The notes under the pieces were generated by a model that saw only the letters and a list, made by a program, of their open reading frames with translations, was not told where the DNA came from and ran no database searches. Below are positions 1-6,995 of a DNA stretch of 37,955 nucleotides, in pieces. Where the stretch lies: IMG/VR virus record IMGVR_UViG_3300045988_159560; one strand, written 5' to 3'. Position 1 is the stretch's first letter. Each line of letters opens with the position of its first letter. A program made the position numbers and the translations under genes. The stretch comes from a virus.

Positions 1-55
1 CCCCGCCGATGACATTGGATAGGCTTATGTCCGGGATTACCAGTCCAGCATCACC
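1..55. repeat. 55-bp terminal direct repeat, identical to 37901-37955. It is an assembly overlap of a circular or circularly permuted genome (unique length 37,900 bp).
   Basis: Both ends read ccccgccgatgacattggataggcttatgtccgggattaccagtccagcatcacc. An ORF is continuous across the junction. Confidence 0.95.
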
Positions 56-199
56 AATGCGAACGTTAATTGTTTTGGTCTCTTCATCCACTGAATCGAC
101 GTTGCCGTAGAGGATGGACGGCTGGTTCACGCCGTCCAGCAGACGGCGCAGGTCCTTGCCGAAGTCCTCCATACTGCGTATGAATTGTCCTTGATTCAT
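1..199 (-). CDS. Baseplate central spike (P2 gpV / Mu gp45-like), N-terminal part. The full gene is complement(join(37488..37900,1..199)): 612 nt, 203 aa.
   Basis: ATG at 199-197 overlaps the stop of the upstream gene (TGATG). My translation is MNQGQFIRSMEDFGKDLRRLLDGVNQPSILYGNVDSVDEETKTINVRIGDAGLVIPDISLSNVIGG... It stays in frame through the end overlap into ...DASVIFYPAVNSAVILGMPYQQ. Confidence 0.6.
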   Translation of the reverse strand, partial: MNQGQFIRSMEDFGKDLRRLLDGVNQPSILYGNVDSVDEETKTINVRIGDAGLVIPDISLSNVIGG

Positions 200-1365
200 C
201 AGTTCGCCAGATAAAGAAATGTCTTATTTGTAACCGTCAGTATCTGCCGGTAGCCTTTGCCTTTTCCGCACGTCACCTTGCGGCCGATGACATAATAGCC
301 GCCGCTCAGGGACTTGAAGATGGTGTCATTGAAATTTACGTAGTCGTAGAGCCGCACAAGGGGGTACAGCAACGTGGTGATGGTGCCCTTGTTGCGCTGA
401 GCGCGAAGGCCGGCCAGCACCGACAGCGCCGTGGTGTTCATCTGCTGAGCATTGCGGCCCGGCGTGAAGGGAAGGTCGTACACAAGGCCGTTTTCCGCCC
501 CTTTCTCGATGGTTTTCATGGTTCCGTCCTCCAGATACCGGACGATGACGCGGAAATTCTGGAACATCATGTCCGAGGGCACGATGTCGCGGGCTATCAC
601 GTTTACCGACGTGTCCAGCTCCACGGTGGGGGATTCGGATTCCGAGATTCCGAGTCCGCAGTAGACCCGCGCCTTGTCGCTCTCGATGCGGACATTGCCG
701 TAGAGTTTATACATGCCGACGATCACCCGCTCCAGTACATCGTATGGCGACACTCCGGTGGCGGGTTTGAGCACAAAATCGCTCTGCATGGATTTGGGGT
801 CCGGCAACAGAGAGGGATAGGCGTATGTCAGCTTGTTGTCCTTGCGGTACTTCGCAAACGCCGCGTTGGCCGTGTCGCACATCTGTTGCAGAAGCGAGGA
901 TAGGGGAGTGGCTTTGGGCCACGACTGCGTAACCGTGCCGAATCGAAGCATAAATGCCGCATCCTCGCACTTTATTACCGTCGGGAACCCTCCGATAACA
1001 TCCCGGATGAATCCGTCAAATTCAAGGCGCTTTTCGAACTTCTGGCCGATGACGGCATTGTCGTGATACCATGCGTACACCTGAATGCGGGCGCCGGTCT
1101 TGATATTCCAGTCGTCCGGGTTGATGCGAACGTAGGTGGTCGTGTTTTTTCCCACCCGCTGAACGGCGATGGCGCTCCCGCGACCGACCTCCTTCGCGGC
1201 TTTCGCGGCGATGGTGTAGAAGGGCATTTCGATGGATGCGGTTCCAACGATGTTCTCGCGCGTTTCGTCGGATTCGAAGGATTGGAACTGGCCGATGCTC
1301 TTCCCCTCAACAAAAACCTCGTTTCCGCAGATCAGATAGTTTCCAGTTATGTTTCGGACGGCCAT
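199..1365 (-). CDS. Baseplate hub / tail protein (position equivalent to P2 gpD or Mu gp44)
   Basis: 388-aa ORF lying between the post-tape-measure gene and the spike gene. Its stop overlaps the spike start. Synteny only; no motif verified. Confidence 0.45.
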   Translation of the reverse strand: MAVRNITGNYLICGNEVFVEGKSIGQFQSFESDETRENIVGTASIEMPFYTIAAKAAKEVGRGSAIAVQRVGKNTTTYVRINPDDWNIKTGARIQVYAWYHDNAVIGQKFEKRLEFDGFIRDVIGGFPTVIKCEDAAFMLRFGTVTQSWPKATPLSSLLQQMCDTANAAFAKYRKDNKLTYAYPSLLPDPKSMQSDFVLKPATGVSPYDVLERVIVGMYKLYGNVRIESDKARVYCGLGISESESPTVELDTSVNVIARDIVPSDMMFQNFRVIVRYLEDGTMKTIEKGAENGLVYDLPFTPGRNAQQMNTTALSVLAGLRAQRNKGTITTLLYPLVRLYDYVNFNDTIFKSLSGGYYVIGRKVTCGKGKGYRQILTVTNKTFLYLAN

Positions 1366-1366
1366 G

Positions 1367-2206
1367 TTATTTCACGGTTGTGGGCACGGACTGCGAATCC
1401 TGCGTGTTGGCGGAATTGGTGTAGAGAAGCGGATCGGCGATGTTCACCTCTTGCAATACCAAGTTGATGGAACCGAAGGTGTCGCCCTGCATAGGCGAGA
1501 AGCGGTAGGACTTGATGAACGCCCAGCCGATTCCTATTTCATCATTAAGCACCGTGTTCTCGATGGCAAAAACCTCGTCGTTCTCGTAGAGTTCATTCAG
1601 AAACAGCGTCAGCTTGTATACCGGCGTGGGGTCCCCGCCGCGGGCATTGCGGCGCCGGATGGTGGTGGCCGACATATCCTCTCCCTCCTGCGCTTTCAGG
1701 CGCTGGATGTTGAACGACACCGATACCACTTTCGGGCCTTTGGCCACCCGCTGAACGATGTTGATTCCGTCCACCAGCTGGGATTCGTCGGTTATTTTCT
1801 GAGCCGATACCGAGAAGTTGAGCGAAAGCGGCGCATAGTAATCGCCGCACACGAAGATCGCGTCAGCGATGGGATCATCCGTCAGGCCGAAAAGGGCGTC
1901 GCTGATTCGCTGGGCATCATCTTGATGCGTGGACGTGGAATACTCTTGGGTGGAAAGCGGCGCCGGAGACATTTCCGGGGTGTTGTCGCCGGTGCGTATC
2001 TTGCCGCCGGGGCTTTCGATCAGCACGCGGACAATACCTGCCTCCGACAGCACGATCTTTCGGGCGTTCAACACCGCATCTGCGGCGTCGAGCACCTGAT
2101 CCTTCGCCCGCTGGTATATCTGCTCCGGGGAGCTGGCGGCCTGCTGGAGATGGGTGGCGGCTTGAGTGAAGGTGTCCTGCGTATTTTGATGGTCTCTGGT
2201 ATTCAT
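1367..2206 (-). CDS. Tail/baseplate-module protein of unknown function
   Basis: 279-aa ORF. Its ATG at 2206-2204 shares one nucleotide (2206) with the tape-measure stop (TAA, 2208-2206), reading TAATG on the minus strand. The next gene begins 1 nt after its stop. Confidence 0.55.
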   Translation of the reverse strand: MNTRDHQNTQDTFTQAATHLQQAASSPEQIYQRAKDQVLDAADAVLNARKIVLSEAGIVRVLIESPGGKIRTGDNTPEMSPAPLSTQEYSTSTHQDDAQRISDALFGLTDDPIADAIFVCGDYYAPLSLNFSVSAQKITDESQLVDGINIVQRVAKGPKVVSVSFNIQRLKAQEGEDMSATTIRRRNARGGDPTPVYKLTLFLNELYENDEVFAIENTVLNDEIGIGWAFIKSYRFSPMQGDTFGSINLVLQEVNIADPLLYTNSANTQDSQSVPTTVK

Positions 2207-4095
2207 TACATTGCACCGGTTGCGTTGTTGAGTGCGACTTGCAAGCCGCGCATGATGTTGTCGTATAAGGCTCCCTGAAGCTGAGCGCCCAAGTCGGCAC
2301 CGTCGTTCACGTTGTCGATGCTGATAGGCATGCTGACGATCTCTCGATTGAAGTTGATAATCAGGGATCGGGCGCCTTTGGTGATGTCGGAAAGCCCGTC
2401 TGAGGCCGAGAAGTTGGCGCCATTACCATCCAATCCGGACGCGGGATTGAGCCGGGCGAGAGCTTCCGGCGTAAGTTCGTACCCGGTGGGAAACATGCGG
2501 GTTTCGGCCCCTAATTCCTTCCATGCCGTAGGATCGTTGAGGTATTTTTCCCACTCTTCTCTGGGGATTGCCGCCTTTTGAAGAGCATATTCCTTTGCCT
2601 GCCGCGCCGCTGTTGTCGCGGCCTTGCGGCTCTTCTCTTCCCAACGCAGGGAGCGGCCGAATTTGGATGTATAATCCCCCTCTATCACTTTCCCGGTTTC
2701 TGGGTTGAATGTAGGGGTATAATAATGGAATATGGGACTGTTTCCAGCTATCACGTTCCCCAAAGCGGATGACAAACGAACAGTGGTTTGGACTCCCCAG
2801 TTCCTTTTACCCACGGCTTTGTCGAACACCCAGCCCGCGGCTTTGGATGTAGCCGATATGGCTGGTCCCACCGTATCGAAAAATTGGACGATGGATTTAA
2901 GTCCAGATTCCACGGTGTCGGCTAAGGCTGAAAACTGTTTTTCAACCCACGCTGGGTCTACTTTGGAAAAGGCGTACGAAATGGACCTTGTAAGAGCTGC
3001 ATACAGTTTTTCGTTACCGCTGGCGATGGCTTCCCAAAACTCGGTTCCCTGATTCGCCACTTCGATATGGAATTTTTCCCTTGCCAACGCTACCCTACCT
3101 CGTGATTTCATCAAGGGATTTGATTCGATCATACGGTCGAACTCGTTCAGTACGTTGAGAAGCTCGGCCTTGTCTTTCAAATAGGTAAAAACATCCCCGG
3201 AAACCTTTTTGCGGGCCATAGATTGCTGGGCGATCTTTCCGATGATGGGGGCGGCCTGAATAAGCTCCCGAAGGTCTCGTGCGGAGGGTGTAGGCTGTCC
3301 CAATAACTGCTGGAGGTTGATGTTGACGCGCTCGAAGGGAACGCCGCCCACGTGGGCTATTTTTCCGGCTTGCGTGGCAATTCTCACGGCCTCTTCGCGG
3401 GATAGCGTTCGGCTACCCACGTTAAGACCGCTCAGCATGTTGATGGAGTTAAGGATTCCGGTGCGGCTAAAGCCGTATTCTGCGGCCAGCCGGGTGGATT
3501 CCTCCAACGAGCGTTCGTAGGCGTCCCCAAGCCCTTTTTTGGCCATAGAAAATTGCATGAGGCTGGACCCTGCCTCCTGCATTGCCGCACTGTTCATAAT
3601 ACGGGTTCCGAGCATAAGGGCACCCCCTCGCAAGAATCCCTGAACTCCTTTGTAGGCGATAAAAGCCCCTCCTAAGGTAGACAGGGCCGATGCGAATGCC
3701 CCCAATGGCTTAACCACGCCGCCGGCTATTCTGCCGATAGACCCAAGTACTGACCCGAAGTTGGAGAGGTTTCGCAACATGCCCGGCGGGGTAGCCATAT
3801 TACCCAAGAAGGCGCGCTTAAACACCTCAGACCGATGATACAATCGGTTAACGTTGCTCAGAAAACCTTCGTTGGATAGTCCGGGAGTTTGGCCGAAGCG
3901 CCGGGAAAGCGCCCGGTAGTAGGCTTGCTGACGGGCAGGGATGTTTGAGTAGCTTCCGCCGCCTGAGCCGGCCATACTCCCACCGCGCCCGGCGCCGGGT
4001 CCTCTTTCGAGGTCCCGGATGCGCCGCTCGGCTTTCGAGAGCTGAGAATCGTCTACGTTGATGTTGAGCTTTATTTGATAGGTCTGCCCGTCCAT
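2206..4095 (-). CDS. Tail tape measure protein
   Basis: 629 aa. It lies immediately after the frameshifted chaperone pair. Gly/Ala-rich hydrophobic segments (GRIAGGVVKPLGAFASALSTLGGAFIAY) and long helical regions are typical of tape measure proteins. Confidence 0.8.
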   Translation of the reverse strand: MDGQTYQIKLNINVDDSQLSKAERRIRDLERGPGAGRGGSMAGSGGGSYSNIPARQQAYYRALSRRFGQTPGLSNEGFLSNVNRLYHRSEVFKRAFLGNMATPPGMLRNLSNFGSVLGSIGRIAGGVVKPLGAFASALSTLGGAFIAYKGVQGFLRGGALMLGTRIMNSAAMQEAGSSLMQFSMAKKGLGDAYERSLEESTRLAAEYGFSRTGILNSINMLSGLNVGSRTLSREEAVRIATQAGKIAHVGGVPFERVNINLQQLLGQPTPSARDLRELIQAAPIIGKIAQQSMARKKVSGDVFTYLKDKAELLNVLNEFDRMIESNPLMKSRGRVALAREKFHIEVANQGTEFWEAIASGNEKLYAALTRSISYAFSKVDPAWVEKQFSALADTVESGLKSIVQFFDTVGPAISATSKAAGWVFDKAVGKRNWGVQTTVRLSSALGNVIAGNSPIFHYYTPTFNPETGKVIEGDYTSKFGRSLRWEEKSRKAATTAARQAKEYALQKAAIPREEWEKYLNDPTAWKELGAETRMFPTGYELTPEALARLNPASGLDGNGANFSASDGLSDITKGARSLIINFNREIVSMPISIDNVNDGADLGAQLQGALYDNIMRGLQVALNNATGAM

Positions 4096-4096
4096 A

Positions 4097-4677
4097 TCAT
4101 TTCTTGGCTTTGAATGGCGCGTAGATGATGTTGTCGATCACCCACATGGCCATGTCGGAATATTTGTCGATGTCCGCGGCCGACAACCGGGTTTCGAGAG
4201 TGGTTATCGGTTCGTGAAACACATACGAAATAAAGGCTTTTTTCAGCAGGAAGGGGTCGTTCCTGCCGTACTCCTTTATTCGTTCGTGGAGGCTGGGTTC
4301 TCGGCGGTTCCGAGAAGCCCCATCACCACACCCCAGCGCGATAAAAAACGCTCGATGTCCTTTTGAACCGGATCGGAGCCGTAAAGGTCGATGCAGGCCA
4401 TAACGTCGTTCACGATGGCCTTGCGCTGTTTGTCGTCTACGATCATCATTTCGCAGAACTTGGTGGCGATAGGCGCCAGCTGCTCAAGATCGCCGGATGC
4501 GCCGTGCATCAGCAGCTGAGTGGCAAAATTGGTGTGCGCCGCGGAGGTTCGGGAGAGCATACCTACTTCTACATCTTCCTCAACCTCCTGCTCGATCACC
4601 TGAGCCTTAGGGGCTACGCTTCGCTTGAAATACCGCAAGCGGACGGTATAATTCTGAATAATTGTTTGTCCGGACAT
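4097..4677 (-). CDS. Tail assembly chaperone, -1 frameshift extension product (gpGT / P2 E+E' analogue)
   Basis: The -1 frame is open from the slippery site to TGA at 4099-4097. It has no in-frame ATG until near its end. The tail of the extension reads like real protein (KEYGRNDPFLLKKAFISYVFHEPITTLETRLSAADIDKYSDMAMWVIDNIIYAPFKAKK). Confidence 0.6.
4276..4677 (-). CDS. Tail assembly chaperone (zero-frame product)
   Basis: 133-aa ORF between the tube and tape measure genes. This is the canonical position. Confidence 0.7.
   Translation of the reverse strand: MSGQTIIQNYTVRLRYFKRSVAPKAQVIEQEVEEDVEVGMLSRTSAAHTNFATQLLMHGASGDLEQLAPIATKFCEMMIVDDKQRKAIVNDVMACIDLYGSDPVQKDIERFLSRWGVVMGLLGTAENPASTNE
4342..4348 (-). 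promoter_or_regulatory. Candidate -1 programmed frameshift heptamer T_TTT_TTA
   Basis: The minus strand reads gag cgT TTT TTA tcg in the chaperone zero frame (X_XXY_YYZ pattern). It lies 22 codons before the zero-frame stop. Confidence 0.55.
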
Positions 4678-4683
4678 AATTTT

Positions 4684-4720
4684 GAGTAAAAATAGCAGGG
4701 GCGATTCTCACCGCCCCTGC
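4684..4720 (-). terminator. Intrinsic terminator or attenuator hairpin after the tube gene
   Basis: gcaggggcg (4695-4703) pairs with cgcccctgc (4712-4720), leaving an 8-nt loop. On the minus strand the stem is followed by tatttttac. Confidence 0.6.
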
Positions 4721-4724
4721 CGGG

Positions 4725-5189
4725 TTAAAGCGGTAAAACTGAACGGGTAATACCTATTCCCTGAATTGCGAGGGAAGTGTTGATTTCAGGGCTGTTTCGG
4801 TCCACCGAAAAGTCGTCGGACGAAATAGCGCAGGAATCCAGAGAGTAGATGATCGTGCGGGGGACGATCAGGCCGGTCATTTCGAGGGTCCAGCCGATGG
4901 AGAAGTTCCCCAAGTCGGTGAGCGATGAAATGAAGCCGGTAGTTATCGACGCATTGATGGCGTCGAGGATAGTCTCGTACTCACCGGTCTGGAGGGACAT
5001 ATTGCCCGTAAATCGTTTGTTGATTACTTTCTTGGCAATAGGTTCCAACCGGCCGATGGCGAAGATTTCCTGAACGTCCTGCGTCCGGGAGATGGAGAGC
5101 TGGACACCGGTTACGATGTCGAACATCTGGCCGCGATGGGTGATGTTCATTTTAGCTTCCGCGCTGGAGATGATATAGGGTTCGTACAT
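4725..5189 (-). CDS. Tail tube protein
   Basis: 154-aa ORF directly downstream of the putative sheath gene and upstream of the chaperone pair. Synteny-based. Confidence 0.55.
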   Translation of the reverse strand: MYEPYIISSAEAKMNITHRGQMFDIVTGVQLSISRTQDVQEIFAIGRLEPIAKKVINKRFTGNMSLQTGEYETILDAINASITTGFISSLTDLGNFSIGWTLEMTGLIVPRTIIYSLDSCAISSDDFSVDRNSPEINTSLAIQGIGITRSVLPL

Positions 5190-5201
5190 AGTCGTTGATT
5201 T

Positions 5202-6440
5202 TTACGAAAGTGCTGATACGTACAGAACACCTACCTTCACCCAGTCTACGTTGGGCGACGGCAGAATTTCGATGGACACCAGAATCGTTCGCGTGGACAC
5301 GAAATTGTTGTCCTGAGCGGCCACCGTCACGCGAATGCCGGAGCACTGGCGCTGACTGATGCGGGGCTGGCAGTAGAGATTGTAGAAGTTGTTCTCGATC
5401 TGCGTGGCGTAGGTCCTGCTCAGATCGCCTTTGGCGTCAACAGGGGCCTGCGTGTTCAGAATCTGCGAGAAGAACTCCTGCGCATCGTCGCACACGGCGT
5501 TCCCAAGCCGAACGAACTCCAGCCGCGACAACGCCTTCGTCGGGTCGTTGCAGGTGGCGCCGTCGTTGTAGAAGATGCCGGTGGGATAGGGCCGGTGAAA
5601 GAGATACTGACCTTTGCCCAGCGCGTCGATGATTGAGGGGTCTACCTCCGTCACGCTTACGACGCTTTCGGGGTCGTTGAAGAACGCCTTCTGCGCCACG
5701 GCCGCGCGTTCGTGCGAGCCGATGGATTCAGCGACCGAGATAGCCGACAGAATACCGATGGCTTCTCCCACATCCTTGATGGGGGTGTAGGCCGTGATGT
5801 TGCCTTGATCGTCCACCGTAGTGTTGTAGAGCGTGGTGGTAGGCATGTACGCTACCGACGGGGTCGCATAGGTGGAGAGGTCGGTGATGTTGGAGGCCAC
5901 ATTTGCCTGCGCCCCGTCAACGTTGGACGTATAAACGTTCACGAAGCGGATGCCCTCGGCGAACATTGCATTCTGAATGGTCTCGATGGCCTTTACAACG
6001 GTCGGAGTGGTCGTAGGGACCCACCCTGAGGCATCGTCGTTGGCCTGCGAGCACCAGCCAATAATGCGGGGGCGGTTGTCGTAGTTGGCCTCCAGCGTCA
6101 AGCGGATTTGGCGCTTGATGTTCGCCGCATTGGTCGTAACGAAATCACCCTTTTCGCCGCTCGTCAAGATCAGCCACAGATAGGTACCGCTTCCGGCTTT
6201 GGCGTAGAACTGCGTCACCATTCCCAACAGGTGGGGATCGTTGTTGAGCAGTTTGGCGTCAGGAGCGTCGGATGCGGCCCAAGCGGTGTAGGAATCCAGA
6301 CTCGTGATAAGTGTGGGTTTCCCGCTTTCCGGTCTGGACGAGACTTTGATACCGTACACCAGCGCCGCATTGCCCACGGAGGGCTGGCGCCGGCTGAGTG
6401 TGGTATCTTTCAGCTCGATGTTAATTCCAGTTTGAGCCAT
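5202..6440 (-). CDS. Contractile tail sheath protein
   Basis: 412-aa ORF in the order sheath-tube-chaperone-tape measure. Synteny-based; family not verified. Confidence 0.55.
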   Translation of the reverse strand: MAQTGINIELKDTTLSRRQPSVGNAALVYGIKVSSRPESGKPTLITSLDSYTAWAASDAPDAKLLNNDPHLLGMVTQFYAKAGSGTYLWLILTSGEKGDFVTTNAANIKRQIRLTLEANYDNRPRIIGWCSQANDDASGWVPTTTPTVVKAIETIQNAMFAEGIRFVNVYTSNVDGAQANVASNITDLSTYATPSVAYMPTTTLYNTTVDDQGNITAYTPIKDVGEAIGILSAISVAESIGSHERAAVAQKAFFNDPESVVSVTEVDPSIIDALGKGQYLFHRPYPTGIFYNDGATCNDPTKALSRLEFVRLGNAVCDDAQEFFSQILNTQAPVDAKGDLSRTYATQIENNFYNLYCQPRISQRQCSGIRVTVAAQDNNFVSTRTILVSIEILPSPNVDWVKVGVLYVSALS

Positions 6441-6458
6441 GTTAATGGTAATTTATGC

Positions 6459-6926
6459 TTATTGAGCGGATTCTTCTTCCTTCTGCGGAACGTCGTCGGC
6501 AGCGCTTTCCGGTTCCGGTTCCGGTTCCGGTTCCGGATCGGGCGCCGGCGCAGGCTGGGGATCGGGTGCGGAAGATGCCTTCCCTTTCTTTCGTCCCGGC
6601 GCCTTCTTGGCCGCAAGAGCGGCGGCGGCGGCGGCGAGGTCCATAGGCTGGGGCGTTTCCTTCGTCTGAACCGGTTCGGGCACCTTGCTCTCTACCGTAA
6701 CCATCAGGTCGTTCAGCTCGTCTTCATTGGTGGGGCACGTCGCTTTGGTGATGGTTGCGTAGCGCACGATCCGGCGGAGCTTCATGAAGTCCCGGCATCG
6801 GGTTATGGCCGACTGTTCGTCGCGGTAGGTGTTGGCGTCGCTGGTCACGTAGATCGTGCCGTACGCCATAGCCGCGGCCATAAGGTTGATGAAATACTGC
6901 TCGGAATAAACGGGTTTCGTGGACAT
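6459..6926 (-). CDS. Hypothetical structural-module protein with a disordered Ala/Lys/Pro/Glu-rich C-terminal tail
   Basis: 155 aa. The C-terminus reads AAAAAALAAKKAPGRKKGKASSAPDPQPAPAPDPEPEPEPEPESAADDVPQKEEESAQ. It lies between the capsid and sheath genes. Confidence 0.55.
   Translation of the reverse strand: MSTKPVYSEQYFINLMAAAMAYGTIYVTSDANTYRDEQSAITRCRDFMKLRRIVRYATITKATCPTNEDELNDLMVTVESKVPEPVQTKETPQPMDLAAAAAALAAKKAPGRKKGKASSAPDPQPAPAPDPEPEPEPEPESAADDVPQKEEESAQ
6507..6536. repeat. (TTCCGG)5 hexanucleotide tandem repeat encoding (PE)n on the minus strand
   Basis: Five perfect consecutive ttccgg units. A neighbouring (GGC)5 run lies at about 6621-6637. Confidence 0.9.
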
Positions 6927-6955
6927 AATTTTGTGATTTTAAAGTTGTTGGTTAT

Positions 6956-6981
6956 CCCCACTGCCGGGGGGGGCAGTGGGG
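6956..6981 (-). terminator. Perfect 10-bp stem-loop after the capsid gene, without a clear U-tract (attenuator or RNA-stability element)
   Basis: ccccactgcc (6956-6965) pairs with ggcagtgggg (6972-6981), leaving a G6 loop. The G-run at 6966-6973 is 8 nt long. Confidence 0.4.
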
Positions 6982-6995
6982 AGTTGATTTTAGCC

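Noticed and set aside
6507-6536. CRISPR-like or other spaced repeat array. The same idea was considered for 23071-23238 and 16113-16128.
   Set aside because: The units are 4-12 bp, contiguous or spaced one helical turn apart, have no unique spacers, and mostly lie inside ORFs. No cas genes are present.
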